Shown here: positions 1 to 10,530 of the stretch, piece by piece
Layout: each line of letters begins with the position of its first letter
How positions within the stretch are numbered: position 1 is the first letter of the stretch
Assembly (NCBI GenBank): GCA_963692865.2
Contig: OY843592.1
Location: forward strand, 3,456,001 to 3,520,000
Direction: 5' to 3'
Source: a bacterium
GTDB taxonomy: Bacteria > UBA8248
DNA: 64,000 nucleotides
Position numbers and translations under genes: made by a program
The notes under the pieces: model-generated
Told to the model about the DNA's origin: nothing
Seen by the model: the letters and a program-made list of their open reading frames with translations, nothing else
Databases searched by the model: none

Positions 1-5
1 ACCAC

Positions 6-866
6 ATGGCGGGCTGCCTCGACATCGCCTTCAGGGAGACCGCCGACAGGCCGCCCGCGCGGGCGAACGACGAGGACTTCGCCGCCTGGAGCCCGGGCGA
101 GGCCATGCTCGCCGAGCTCCCGGGCCTCTCCCTGGACTGGATGGAAAACGAGGACGAAGACGCCGCCTTTGCGGCGATGCGGGCGCTGCCCGAAGCGGAG
201 AAAAAGGCCCTGTACGCGGCGGCGGTCGCGCGCTCGCTCAAGGGACAGCTCGCCTTCGAGCCGGACGCCCGGCCCGAATTCGAGGCCACGGTCGCCAGGC
301 TCGATATCGACTTCGCGAAACACGTGCGCCCGTCGGCGGACATGTTCTGGTCGCGCATCACGAAGGACCGCATCCTCGCCATCGCGCGCGCGACGCTGGG
401 TCCCGTCTGGGCCTCCGCCCGGGCGAAGTACAAGAAGGCGGACCTCGCTCTGGCGATGGAGGAGGCCTTCGCCGCCGACCCGCCCGAAGGACTGAAAGAA
501 AAGGCGCACGCCGCCGCACTCGCCTGGACGCCGCCCGGGTTCGCGCCCTTCGACACCGGCCGGGTGGGGGAGGCCGTGGAGGAAGACCCGCCGGACGAAG
601 AACCCGAAACGGAAGCCAATGACGGCGAGACGCCCGATGCCGCCTCCGGCGACGCTCCCACCGACGCGGAATCCGGCCCCGCCGCAGACGATACCGAGGG
701 GGGAGACGCCCCGGAGGGCGGGGAACTCGCCCGGGCAATCGATGCGATGAACGCGGTTCCCACCGCGGACGGGAGTCCCAGGGTGATCGTGCAGGGATTC
801 GACTCGGCGGACGCCCTCGTAAACGGCGAGGGGACCGATATCCCGGAGTTCCTACGCGGGAACTGA
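6..866 (+). CDS. ParB/RepB/Spo0J-family protein, C-terminal part (5' truncated by window edge)
   Basis: Frame open from window start; 'RPSADMFWSRITKDRILAIA...YKKADLA...WTPPG' resembles the C-terminus of ICE ParB-like proteins; acidic tail; context. Confidence 0.6.
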   Translation: MAGCLDIAFRETADRPPARANDEDFAAWSPGEAMLAELPGLSLDWMENEDEDAAFAAMRALPEAEKKALYAAAVARSLKGQLAFEPDARPEFEATVARLDIDFAKHVRPSADMFWSRITKDRILAIARATLGPVWASARAKYKKADLALAMEEAFAADPPEGLKEKAHAAALAWTPPGFAPFDTGRVGEAVEEDPPDEEPETEANDGETPDAASGDAPTDAESGPAADDTEGGDAPEGGELARAIDAMNAVPTADGSPRVIVQGFDSADALVNGEGTDIPEFLRGN

Positions 867-887
867 CCCGCAATTACGTCCAGAACG

Positions 888-921
888 GCGCCCCGCGGCA
901 CTCGCTGCGGGGCGCTTTTTT
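888..921 (+). terminator. Intrinsic terminator
   Basis: GCGCCCCGCGGC-ACTC-GCTGCGGGGCGC stem followed by TTTTTT. Confidence 0.8.
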
Positions 922-949
922 CGTTTTCACGCCAAAGGGAGTCCATGAC

Positions 950-2659
950 ATGAACGATACAACGAATGCCGCGTCGCACTCCGGGCGGATCCGCGCCCGC
1001 ATCCACGAGGGCGCTCTTCATCGCGTCACGAGGATGTATACGGCAGGCCTCGCCGACGTCTTCACCGAGGCGCTGCAGAACAGCCGCCGCGCGGGGGCGA
1101 CGCGCCTGCGCGTCACCACCCATGAGGCGTCCGGCGCGCAGGCCGTCACCATCACCGACGACGGGGCCGGGATCGCCGACCCCGCCGTGCTCCTCTCCTT
1201 CGGCGAGAACGGCTGGAGCGAGGAACTGGTGCGGCGCGAGGACGCGGCCGGGATGGGGTTCCTGAGCCTGGCGCGCCGCGGCTGCGCGGTCGCGTCGAGG
1301 ACGCGCTCCCTCGCCGGCTGGCGCGTCGACCTCACACCCGCCCATTTCCTGGGAGAGGCGGAGGCGGACGTCCTCCCCGACGAGGATGCGCCCCTGCCCC
1401 ACGGGACGGCGGTGCGCTTCCATACGGAAGAGAATCGAGAGGTCATCCGGCGCGCGCTCGAGAACGCGGCCCGGCACTACCCGCTCCCGGTAACGCTTGA
1501 CGGCGAGGTCCTCCCGCGCCGGAACTTCCTCGGAAACGCCGTCCATACGGAATCCTGGCGCGGCCTCGTCTTCGGCGTCCTGAACAGCGGAAGCCGCTAC
1601 CGCGACGAACCCGATCTCAACTTCCACGGCCTGATCCTGCCGATTCACCTGCCCACGGTCCATCCCGTAGACGGCCCGGCCTGGTCGGTGCGCGCCGACG
1701 TCGAGGATTGTCCGGAGCTCGAGCTCGTCCTGCCGGCGCGCAAGGAAGCGGTCGAGACGCCCTTCCTGGAGGAGATGCGAGAGGCCGCCCGTACCGCGAT
1801 CTACCGGGCGATGGCCAAGGCCGATCCCGTGCCCGTCGTCGCATTCGGGGAGTGGACGCGCGCGCGGGCGGCAGGCGTCGAACTGCCGGAACCGGCGCCC
1901 GCGCTGCGCCCCTGGCGGCCTCCCGTCGCCGATATCGACAACTGGCTCGCGGGACCCTCGCCCGAACCCCTGCCCGAAGACGCGCTCGTGATGGATGCGG
2001 ACATCGAACCCCCCGAGGCGCAGGCGCTCTGGCGCGCCGCCGAGCGCGGCGGGACGGCGCCGAGGCTCTTCGAGGCCGACCGCCGCTTCGAGGGATATGA
2101 CTGGTACGACGCGCTCCCCCGGGTCAAGGACGTACACACCGATGTCGCGCTCGGCGGCGAGGCCCGTCCGCTCGCGGATTTTCAGGCCCCGCCCGATCGG
2201 TCGGGTCCCTCCAACGAGCCGCTCCCGAGGCCGGACGCGATCCGCATGCGTCTCGACGTCGACCACCCGGACGGCACGACCGAGACCATCGCGCTCGACG
2301 CCGATCTCGCCTTCGCCGGCGAGGCATGGGCCTGGCTCGCGGACGTGCGGCCGCTGGTCACGGCGGACAGCGCCATCGAGGCGGCCGAACTCGCCGACCT
2401 CCTGCGCGACGCCTGGTTTTCGCCGTCGGACGAAGCGGACGCGGACAGCTGGGAAACGCAGCGCGCGCGGTTCGAGGAGGAAGCCCTGCACCTGGCCATC
2501 GGCCTCCTGTGCTCGGAAGAGGAGGCGCTCAGGCGCACGATCTCCTGCGCGGTGCGGCGCGAGCTGTTCTGGCTCATCCCCCGCGAGCGTGCGGTCACCA
2601 TCACCGTGCGAGGCGGAAAGATCGGCGTCGACTTCGCTGAAGGGGAGGACGTCCGATGA
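950..2659 (+). CDS. GHKL (HATPase_c/MutL-like) ATP-binding protein
   Basis: N-box EALQNSRRAGA, G1 DDGAGI, G2 GMGFLSL, G3 GTAV; 569 aa. Confidence 0.75.
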   Translation: MNDTTNAASHSGRIRARIHEGALHRVTRMYTAGLADVFTEALQNSRRAGATRLRVTTHEASGAQAVTITDDGAGIADPAVLLSFGENGWSEELVRREDAAGMGFLSLARRGCAVASRTRSLAGWRVDLTPAHFLGEAEADVLPDEDAPLPHGTAVRFHTEENREVIRRALENAARHYPLPVTLDGEVLPRRNFLGNAVHTESWRGLVFGVLNSGSRYRDEPDLNFHGLILPIHLPTVHPVDGPAWSVRADVEDCPELELVLPARKEAVETPFLEEMREAARTAIYRAMAKADPVPVVAFGEWTRARAAGVELPEPAPALRPWRPPVADIDNWLAGPSPEPLPEDALVMDADIEPPEAQALWRAAERGGTAPRLFEADRRFEGYDWYDALPRVKDVHTDVALGGEARPLADFQAPPDRSGPSNEPLPRPDAIRMRLDVDHPDGTTETIALDADLAFAGEAWAWLADVRPLVTADSAIEAAELADLLRDAWFSPSDEADADSWETQRARFEEEALHLAIGLLCSEEEALRRTISCAVRRELFWLIPRERAVTITVRGGKIGVDFAEGEDVR

Positions 2660-3138
2660 AAAAGTCCTGGACCGTCCGGTGCGGGTACGCGGCCCGCTTC
2701 GCCGATACGGTCACCGTGGAAGCGGAGACCTTGGAAGAAGCGCTGGAAAAGGCCGTCGAGAACGCCAGGACCGATGAGGATTGGCGGGAGACCGGTGATT
2801 GCAGCGACATATTCGTGGACGCCGTCTGTGAGGGCGTCCATGCCGATCCCGGAGATCCGGACGTGGCCTGGCCGGTCCCCGACCGGTTCACCGAGCGGGG
2901 CGAGCCGCCGATCATTACCCTGACCGACCCCTGCCTCCCGGGCGGCGCCGTCGAGGTGTCCCGGGGGCGGGTCCTGCTCCGCTTCGAGACACCCGGCGCC
3001 ACGCTCACGAACGAGATATCCGATCCGCCCCACCCGCGCGGCAACAAGCCGCTCGTGACGATCCGCCGCCGCGCCGACGGGGCGCCCGGCATCACCGTGA
3101 CCGGGGGCCGGGCGCGGATCCGGGTTCTCGGCTTCTGA
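2656..3138 (+). CDS. Hypothetical protein
   Basis: ATGA overlap with upstream stop; GGAGG RBS; 160 aa. Confidence 0.7.
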   Translation: MKKSWTVRCGYAARFADTVTVEAETLEEALEKAVENARTDEDWRETGDCSDIFVDAVCEGVHADPGDPDVAWPVPDRFTERGEPPIITLTDPCLPGGAVEVSRGRVLLRFETPGATLTNEISDPPHPRGNKPLVTIRRRADGAPGITVTGGRARIRVLGF

Positions 3139-3192
3139 GCCCCGCGCAGACTCGCCGTTCCACATCCGTCTTTCACATAAAGGAGAACGCCG

Positions 3193-3576
3193 ATGGAACT
3201 CGTCACACCTGAGCAGCGCGAAAGGCTGCTCGCCAACGGCGCGCAGCGCGGCGCCGACCACGTGCCCGTTCTCAAGCTGTTCAACCCCTGCGGCGCAGGG
3301 ACCTGGCTCCTCACGGAACTCGACCCCGAGGATGAGTCCATAGCGTTCGGACTCGCGGACTTAGGTTTCGGCACACCGGAGATCGGGAGCTTCAGCCTCT
3401 GTGAACTCGAAGCCTTCCAGGGGCCCTTCGGCCTGGGAATAGAGCGCGACCTGTACTTCGAGGGGAAGTTCACCCTCGCCGTCTACGCCGAGGCCGCCCG
3501 CGCGGCGGGACGGGTCGTCGAATACGGCTCCGAACTCGACGCAGCCGGGCGCAGGAGCACCACGGCCTGCGGCTGA
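3193..3576 (+). CDS. DUF2958 domain protein
   Basis: 'PVLKLFNPCGAGTWLLTELDP...AFGLADLGFGTPEIGSFSLCEL...IERDLYF' signature; AAGGAG RBS. Confidence 0.85.
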   Translation: MELVTPEQRERLLANGAQRGADHVPVLKLFNPCGAGTWLLTELDPEDESIAFGLADLGFGTPEIGSFSLCELEAFQGPFGLGIERDLYFEGKFTLAVYAEAARAAGRVVEYGSELDAAGRRSTTACG

Positions 3577-3611
3577 CCTGTCCGTTTTCCGTACACATTC
3601 TGGAGAGAACC

Positions 3612-3929
3612 ATGCCCGACACCGAATCCCGGACTGCGAGCAAACACCCCATGGACCCACGTCGCGGGGAGGGTCTTTCCCCGATGTTTCAGGCCTTTCT
3701 CTGCTGGCTGCTGGAACTGCCGCCCGTGACGGAACCCGTCATCACGGGCGTCGCCCTCGCGGGGGACAGCGTCCTCGCGGCCACGGACAGCGATCCCTTC
3801 TTCAACGCGCACCTCGGCAGTCTCACCGACTTCGAGCGCAACATCCGGGGCTGGGGAGAGGCCTGCGGCGCCGACGCCGCCACGGTCGAGGGCCTCGTCA
3901 CGAAATTTCGCAGCGCCGGCCGGACCTGA
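3612..3929 (+). CDS. Hypothetical protein
   Basis: GGAGA RBS; co-oriented; 105 aa. Confidence 0.6.
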   Translation: MPDTESRTASKHPMDPRRGEGLSPMFQAFLCWLLELPPVTEPVITGVALAGDSVLAATDSDPFFNAHLGSLTDFERNIRGWGEACGADAATVEGLVTKFRSAGRT

Positions 3930-4047
3930 TCCGCATTCGCGCCGGACAGAGGGCGAGTCCGGCCAGGCCGGGGCGTCCGGGAGGTTCCGGGGGAGCGATC
4001 CCCCGGGGACGGCCTCCCCCATTCCCACGACATCCGAGGAGAGAGCC

Positions 4048-7000
4048 ATGTCGCAAGCCCTGACGGCGGAGGTGCGTCCGCACGCCGCCCGCTCCACAGC
4101 GCCGAACGCATCCGAGGCGCTCTACGAAGCGGCCCGGGCCCTGCTGCCCGTCCTGGCGGCCGGTCGTCCGCTCGACAAGAACGCGCTGCGCGACGCCATG
4201 ACGGGCGCCTTCAGCGCCACCGACGCCGAGGGCGCCTGGGTCTGGAAGGACGCCTACGAGGCGGCGGAAGCCGCCGTCGTGCTCTTCCTTAAGCGCTACG
4301 GACGGGCCATGCGCCAAAGGGCCGGGGCCGGAGCGGAGGGTCCCTCCGCCATGCTGGCCATGCTGGAAAGACTGGCCGCGCTGGAACCCTCCCACACCAG
4401 GCGCTCGGAAGACCAGGTTCGCCTGCAGCAGTTCTCGACCCCGCTCGGCATCGCCTACGCCGCGGTGCGGGCGGCGGCGCTCCGGACAGGCGACGCCGTT
4501 CTGGAGCCCTCCGCCGGGACCGGGATGCTGGCCGTGATGGCGCAGTGCGCGCTCGGGAACGAGAACTCGCTTCACCTGAACGAGATCGCGAACACGCGCG
4601 CCGGCCTCCTCGCCCGCCTGTTCCCCGGGGCAAGCGTCACCCGCCACGACGCGGAAGCCGTCGCCGACCGCCTCCCGGGAGTCCGGCCGGACGTCGTGCT
4701 CATGAACCCGCCGTTCTCGGCGACGCCGGGCGTCGCCCGGGTACGTCATGACGCGGACCTCCGGCATCTGCGCTCGGCGTTTTCAGCGCTGGCGCCGGGC
4801 GGGCGCCTGGTCGCCGTCACCTCGGCGGGCTGCCTCCCGGGCGATGCGGCTTGGAGAACCGCCTTCTCGTCCGTGGAAGCGCCCGCCCGCATCGTCTTCA
4901 CGACGGCGATCGACGGGCGCGCCTACGCGAGACGGGGCACGACGTTCGACACGCGCCTCACCGTGATCGACAGAAGCAACGAACCCGGTATCGAGGTCGA
5001 CCCCCAGGCCCGCGTGATGGACGCAGCCGAACTGCTCGACGCGGTCACGGCGCGGGTTCCGCCGCGCATGGCGCACGAACCCGCCGCCGGGACGCCAGCG
5101 CCGGACGTCCCGCTCCGCGATCTTTTCGGCGAGCAGGCGGCGCCCGGGACGAAAGCGCGCAAGACCGGGGTGAGGGAGGGCGCGCGGCCGGCGCCCGGGC
5201 CGGCCCGCGACTTAGGCTCCGTCTCGGAGCTCGCATACGAGGCGGCCCCGCCGTGCGGCGAGGACGAGACGGCGGGCCCCTACGCGCCATGGCGGCCGAG
5301 CGTCGCCTCCGTCCCGGGCGCTGTGGCGCATCCCACGCCCCTCGTCCAGTCCGCCGCCATGGCCGCCGTCGCGCACCCCGCGCCCACGCACCGCCCGCTG
5401 CTGCCCGAACGCGTCGTGACCGAGGGGCTGCTCTCCGACGCCCAGCTCGAGAGCGTCGTCCTGGCCGGCGAGGCCCACGGCCGCCATCTCTCCGCCCGCT
5501 ACCGGGTCGGCGCCGGCTGGGAGACGGTCCGCCGCTGCGAGGAGGACGATACCGCTGAGGAGACCGTCACCGAGGACGGCGAAGTCCTATCGGCGCCGGT
5601 CCGGTTCCGCCGCGGCTGGATGCTGGGCGACGGCACCGGGTGCGGCAAGGGACGCCAGGTCGCGGCCGTCATCCTCGACAACCTGCTCCGCGGGCGAAAG
5701 AGGGCGCTCTGGCTCTCGGCCTCGGCCAACCTGCTGGAAGACGCGCGCCGTGACTGGGCCGCGCTGGGGGGGCGCGATGAGGACGTGATCCCCCTGGGCA
5801 ACTTCCGCCAGGGGGCCGGTATCCCGCACGAGAGCGGGATCCTGTTCGCGACCTACGCCACGCTGCGCGCGCCGGCCCGGGAGGGCAAGGCCTCGCGGCT
5901 CGATCAGGTGGTCGCCTGGCTCGCAGGTGGTCTCGACGAGGAAGACCGCCACGGGTATGAGGGCGTGATCGTCTTCGACGAGTCCCACGCCATGGCGAAC
6001 GCGGCGGGGTCGAAGGGATCCCGGGGCGCCGTCAAACCCTCCGCCCAGGGACGGGCGGGACTCAGGCTCCAGCGCGCGCTCCCCGGCGCCCGGGTGCTCT
6101 ACGTCTCGGCCACCGGCGCCACCACCGTGACCGGCCTCGCCTACGCGGGACGCCTGGGGCTCTGGGGCGCGGGCGAGACCCCCTTCGAGAACCGGGAGGA
6201 ATTCGTCGCGGCGATGGAGGCGGGCGGCGTCGCCGCCATGGAGGTGGTCGCCCGCGACTTGAAGGCCCTGGGTCTCTACCAGGCGCGGGCGCTTTCGTAT
6301 AAAGGGATCGAGGTCGACATCCTCGAACACCCGCTGAGTCCCGAGCAGCGGCGCATCTACGACGCCTACGCCGGCGCCTTCAAGGTCATCCACGCCAACC
6401 TGCACGACGCCCTCGAGGCCACCGGCATCATGCAGGGCGAGGAGACCCTGAACCGTAACGCGAAATCCGCCGCGCTCTCCGCCTTCGAGGGCGCCAAGCA
6501 GCGCTTCTTCGGCCACCTCCTGACCTCCATGAAGTGTCCCTCGCTCATCCGCGCCGTGGAGAGCGACCTGGAAGCCAGCCGCTCGGCCGTGATCCAGCTC
6601 GTCTCCACGGGCGAGGCCCTGATGGAACGGCGAATCGCGGAGATCCCGCCCGCCGAATGGGACGACCTCTCGATCGACTTGACGCCGAGGGAATACGTGC
6701 TCGACTTCCTCGCCCACGCCTTCCCGGTGCAGTTGCAGGAGCCCTTCACCGACGAGGAGGGGAACCTCATGAGCCGGCCCGCCGTCGACGGGGATGGGAA
6801 CCCCGTCCTCTCGCAGGAGGCCCTGGCAAAGCGAGATGCGCTCATTGCGAAGCTGGCGTCGCTGCCGCCCGTGCCCGCGGCGCTGGATCAGATCGTGCAC
6901 CGCTTCGGCCACGACGCCGTGGCCGAGGTGACGGGCCGCTCCCGGAGGGTGCTCCGGGTCGAGGACGCCCAAGGTGAGCGGCTCGCCTTGCGCCCGCGAC

Positions 7001-8487
7001 CGGCCTCGGCCTCACTCGCCGAGACGGCGGCCTTCATGGACGGCGAGAAGCGGATCCTGGTCTTCTCGATGGCCGGGGGCACGGGGCGCAGCTACCACGC
7101 CGATCTCTCCGCCGCCAACACGCAGCGCCGGGTCCACTACCTGCTGGAGCCCGGCTGGCGGGCGGATATGGCGATACAGGGCCTGGGTCGCACCCACAGG
7201 ACGCACCAGGCTTCGGCCCCTCTGTTCCGGCCCGTTACCACCGACGTGAAGGGCGAGCGGCGCTTCATCGCCACCATCGCGCGGAGGCTCGATTCCCTGG
7301 GCGCCATCACCCGGGGCCAGCGCGACTCGCAGACCGCCATGGCCGGGAGCGAGGCCACGCTCTTCCGCGCCGCCGACAATCTCGAGAGCCCTTACGCCCG
7401 CGCTGCGCTGCGCCTGCTGTACGGGGCGCTCTGGCGAGGCGGGGTCCCCGGCTGGCCGCTGGAGCGTTTCGAGGAGGCGACCGGCTTGAAACTCACCTAC
7501 GAGGGAGCGCTCAAGGAGGACCTCCCTCCCATGCCGAGGTTCCTGAACCGCCTGCTCGCGCTTCCCATCGACGAGCAGAACGCGCTGTTCGCCGAACTCG
7601 AATCCCGCGTCGAGTCCAACATCGAGGCGGCCGTCGAGGCGGGGACGTACGAGGTCGGCGTCGAGACCCTGATCGCCGACTCGCTCACGGCCACAGGCCG
7701 CGAGACGCTCTACACCCACCCAGGTACCGGAGCTGCGACAGGCCTCGTCGAGGTCCTCCGCCGCGACCGGCTCGTGCCGACGACGGCCGAGGCCGCGCTC
7801 GATGCGGCCGCGAAGGCCGGCGCGCCTGCGCTCCTCGTCAACGCGCGCTCGAAACGCGCGGCCGTCCTCCTATCCGCGCCCTCGATGCTGTTCGACGACG
7901 GGGGCGTGCAGGAACGCGTAAGGCTCCTGAGACCCGCCGTCCGCGAGGGAATGGCTAGGGCCGAACTCGATGCCTCGAACTGGCGCGAGGCCGAAGAGTC
8001 CGAGTGGCGCGCCCTGTGGGAGGCCGAAGTCGCCGGCCTGCCGTCGCACACCGAATCGCGCTTCTGGCTCGTGACGGGGCTCCTCCTGCCGGTCTGGGAC
8101 CGGCTGGGGGCCGAGAACATGCGGGTGCGGCGCCTCGCCACCGACGAGGGAGAGGCGATGATCGGACGCGCCTTGGACGCTGGCGGCGTCCGGGCCGTGC
8201 GCGCCGCCTTCGGGCTCGACGGGGGGCCGTCTCTCGGCGCGGATGAGGCCTTCGACGCCGTCATGGGACGCGGCGAGGTGCTGCTCCTCGCGAACGGCTG
8301 GCGCCTCGCGCGCCGCCGCGTCATGGGGGCGCAGCGCCTGGAGATCGAAGGCCCCGACGACCGCCGGCTCACGGCCCTCAAGCGCGCGGGCTGCACGGTC
8401 GAGATCGTCTCCTGGAGAGCGCGCGTCTTCGCGCCCGACGCCTCCGTTCTCGCCCGCGTTCTCGAAGACCGCCCTCTCGCGGACTGA
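4048..8487 (+). CDS. Class I SAM methyltransferase fused to Strawberry-notch-family SF2 helicase
   Basis: QQFSTP, LEPSAGTG, NPPF methyltransferase motifs; GDGTGCGKG Walker A, DESH, SATGA, QGLGRTHRT helicase motifs; 1479 aa. Confidence 0.9.
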   Translation: MSQALTAEVRPHAARSTAPNASEALYEAARALLPVLAAGRPLDKNALRDAMTGAFSATDAEGAWVWKDAYEAAEAAVVLFLKRYGRAMRQRAGAGAEGPSAMLAMLERLAALEPSHTRRSEDQVRLQQFSTPLGIAYAAVRAAALRTGDAVLEPSAGTGMLAVMAQCALGNENSLHLNEIANTRAGLLARLFPGASVTRHDAEAVADRLPGVRPDVVLMNPPFSATPGVARVRHDADLRHLRSAFSALAPGGRLVAVTSAGCLPGDAAWRTAFSSVEAPARIVFTTAIDGRAYARRGTTFDTRLTVIDRSNEPGIEVDPQARVMDAAELLDAVTARVPPRMAHEPAAGTPAPDVPLRDLFGEQAAPGTKARKTGVREGARPAPGPARDLGSVSELAYEAAPPCGEDETAGPYAPWRPSVASVPGAVAHPTPLVQSAAMAAVAHPAPTHRPLLPERVVTEGLLSDAQLESVVLAGEAHGRHLSARYRVGAGWETVRRCEEDDTAEETVTEDGEVLSAPVRFRRGWMLGDGTGCGKGRQVAAVILDNLLRGRKRALWLSASANLLEDARRDWAALGGRDEDVIPLGNFRQGAGIPHESGILFATYATLRAPAREGKASRLDQVVAWLAGGLDEEDRHGYEGVIVFDESHAMANAAGSKGSRGAVKPSAQGRAGLRLQRALPGARVLYVSATGATTVTGLAYAGRLGLWGAGETPFENREEFVAAMEAGGVAAMEVVARDLKALGLYQARALSYKGIEVDILEHPLSPEQRRIYDAYAGAFKVIHANLHDALEATGIMQGEETLNRNAKSAALSAFEGAKQRFFGHLLTSMKCPSLIRAVESDLEASRSAVIQLVSTGEALMERRIAEIPPAEWDDLSIDLTPREYVLDFLAHAFPVQLQEPFTDEEGNLMSRPAVDGDGNPVLSQEALAKRDALIAKLASLPPVPAALDQIVHRFGHDAVAEVTGRSRRVLRVEDAQGERLALRPRPASASLAETAAFMDGEKRILVFSMAGGTGRSYHADLSAANTQRRVHYLLEPGWRADMAIQGLGRTHRTHQASAPLFRPVTTDVKGERRFIATIARRLDSLGAITRGQRDSQTAMAGSEATLFRAADNLESPYARAALRLLYGALWRGGVPGWPLERFEEATGLKLTYEGALKEDLPPMPRFLNRLLALPIDEQNALFAELESRVESNIEAAVEAGTYEVGVETLIADSLTATGRETLYTHPGTGAATGLVEVLRRDRLVPTTAEAALDAAAKAGAPALLVNARSKRAAVLLSAPSMLFDDGGVQERVRLLRPAVREGMARAELDASNWREAEESEWRALWEAEVAGLPSHTESRFWLVTGLLLPVWDRLGAENMRVRRLATDEGEAMIGRALDAGGVRAVRAAFGLDGGPSLGADEAFDAVMGRGEVLLLANGWRLARRRVMGAQRLEIEGPDDRRLTALKRAGCTVEIVSWRARVFAPDASVLARVLEDRPLAD

Positions 8488-8585
8488 ACCCGCGCCCCCG
8501 CCGGCCCGCATACGTATGGCCGTCCTGCAGACGGCTTTCGCCGGGGGGCGCTCCATTGTCTTCATCATGCAAGGGAGAACAAACC

Positions 8586-8846
8586 GTGACCTCACAGACA
8601 CTGCCGGAAAACCCCGACTTCGCCTTCTGCCCGGCCTACGGTCCGGCCGACGCGCCGCAGGAGATACGGCTCGTCATCGACGGAATGACCGGGTGCATCC
8701 CCACCGCCCTGCTCGCCCTGACCCTGGAAGACGCCGAGAACTTCTGCGATCGCCTGAACGCCCGGCTCGGGATGGACCGGGAGGCATGGTCCGCCCTGGC
8801 CGCGCGCTCGATGGGACAGGCGCAGGACGGCGAGACCGCCGGTTGA
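8586..8846 (+). CDS. Small hypothetical protein (GTG start)
   Basis: AAGGGAG RBS before GTG at 8586; 86 aa. Confidence 0.55.
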   Translation: MTSQTLPENPDFAFCPAYGPADAPQEIRLVIDGMTGCIPTALLALTLEDAENFCDRLNARLGMDREAWSALAARSMGQAQDGETAG

Positions 8847-8938
8847 GCCGCCCTCGCCGCAATGCAGCCGGCCCGGTGATGCCGGAGGACGTTCACGCGC
8901 CGGCTCTTTTTCTTTCCGTTATCGAGAGGAGGTCCGCC

Positions 8939-9934
8939 ATGTCCCGAACACCATCTCCCGCGGCCGGGATCGCCGCCGCGCTCGCCTCGCGCGCCGAGGA
9001 AGTCTGCCGCCGCTATCTGCCCCGCGGCAAGAAGCAGGGCCGCTATTGGGTCGCGGGCGACGTCGACGGCTCGCCGGGACGCTCGCTCTTCGTCCGCCTC
9101 GAACCTCCGGGCGCGCCGGGCAAGTGGACCGACGCGGCCACCGGGGAGCACGGCGACCTGCTCGACCTCATCCGCAGCCGTTGCGCCGCGCCCACGCTGC
9201 GCGCGGCCATGGATGAGGCCCGCGCCTTCCTCGCCCTGCCTGTCCCACATTTGCCGGGCGGGGGGCCGCCATACGACGCGAGGGAATCGGCGCGGCGCAT
9301 CTGGCGGAGTTGCCGCCCGATTGAGGACGGCCCGGCCGAGGCCTACCTCCGCGCCCGGGGCATCACGCGATTCCGCTTCCCCTCCCTGCGCTTCCACCCT
9401 GCGCTCTACCACCGCGAGGCCGACCGCCGCTTGCCCGCTCTGGTCGCCGCCGTGACCGATACCGAAGGCGCGCTCCACGGCGTGCACCGCACCTGGATCG
9501 ATCCCGATGCGTCCGACAAGGCAGGCGTCGCCCCGCCCCGCAAGGCGCTCGGCCGGGTCTTCGGGCGCGCCGTGCGCTTCGGGATCCCCGGCTCCACGCT
9601 GCTGGTCGGGGAGGGCGTCGAAACCGTGCTCTCGATCGTCACCGCGGCGCCCCGGGTCCCCGCCGCGGCAGCGCTTTCCGCAGGGAGCCTCGGCGCATTC
9701 GTCCCGCCCAGGGAGGTCACCCGCCTCCTCATCGCGCGGGACAACGATCCGGAAGGAGAGAGGGCGGCGGAACGCCTGGCCACGCGCTGCGCGCGGGCGG
9801 GCGTCGCGGCCACGGTCATCGTCTCCGAGCGGGGCGATTTCAACGACGACCTCGCTGCGCTCGGCGCCGCCGTCCTCGCCGCACGGCTCGGGCCGCTCTT
9901 CCGCTTCGCGGGAGTCGGAGAGGAGAGGGTCTGA
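8939..9934 (+). CDS. TOPRIM-domain DNA primase-like protein
   Basis: GAGGAGG RBS before ATG 8939; 'GKWTDAATGEHGDLLDLI', 'YLRARGI', 'GEGVET', 'ARDND', 'GDFNDDL'. Confidence 0.85.
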   Translation: MSRTPSPAAGIAAALASRAEEVCRRYLPRGKKQGRYWVAGDVDGSPGRSLFVRLEPPGAPGKWTDAATGEHGDLLDLIRSRCAAPTLRAAMDEARAFLALPVPHLPGGGPPYDARESARRIWRSCRPIEDGPAEAYLRARGITRFRFPSLRFHPALYHREADRRLPALVAAVTDTEGALHGVHRTWIDPDASDKAGVAPPRKALGRVFGRAVRFGIPGSTLLVGEGVETVLSIVTAAPRVPAAAALSAGSLGAFVPPREVTRLLIARDNDPEGERAAERLATRCARAGVAATVIVSERGDFNDDLAALGAAVLAARLGPLFRFAGVGEERV

Positions 9935-9965
9935 GCGGGGTAGAACCCCGGTGGAAGGAGAGAGA

Positions 9966-10193
9966 ATGGACACCGTCACCTTCAAGCGGATCACCCCGCA
10001 CGAGTCCCGCATCTACGCCGGGGGCGAGCATGTCGGCGACGTCTACCGCCACGACGATATCCTCGCCCCCGGCCATGTCTTCTACGTCGTGCACCTCTAT
10101 GATGATCCCAGGCGTCCTCGGCGCGTGCACGAACGCCTCCGCATTCGCGAGGTCGCCCAGCGCCTCGTCGATTCACACCCTCTATGGTCGTAA
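9966..10193 (+). CDS. Small hypothetical protein
   Basis: GAAGGAG RBS before ATG 9966; 75 aa. Confidence 0.6.
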   Translation: MDTVTFKRITPHESRIYAGGEHVGDVYRHDDILAPGHVFYVVHLYDDPRRPRRVHERLRIREVAQRLVDSHPLWS

Positions 10194-10282
10194 TCGAGAG
10201 TACGGCGCCCGCCGATCAAGGTCGGGCCCGACCCGGGCGGGAGGGTCTGACAACCGCCGCCCTGCTGCGCAGCCGGCCCGCC

Positions 10283-10530
10283 GAGGGTATGTGCTGCCGA
10301 CCTTTCGGCCGCCGGGGGGTCGCCGGCCGGCCTCGACTCCGCTGCTCGTCGGATACGTATAGCCGTCCCGAAGCCTTCCGGGTTCCTTCTCGTCGGCGGC
10401 GGGGGTAAGGCCACCCCGCTGCACCGCCGACAGGACCCCGGCACGCTACGCAGGATGGTAAGCAGGGAACTTGGCTGCGAGGCCGGATACGAACACATGG
10501 GGCGGCCGAAATCCGACAGAGTAGTCCCTC
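10283..10530. promoter_or_regulatory. Long nested imperfect inverted repeat (candidate ssDNA promoter/ssi-like hairpin)
   Basis: TTTCGGCCGCC(10303)/GGCGGCCGAAA(10501), CCGGCCTCG(10327)/CGAGGCCGG(10478), inner GTCGGCGG/CCGCCGAC. Confidence 0.45.

Noticed and set aside
8243-8938. 563-aa version of the primase
   Set aside because: The extension overlaps the helicase and a small ORF; an RBS supports ATG 8939
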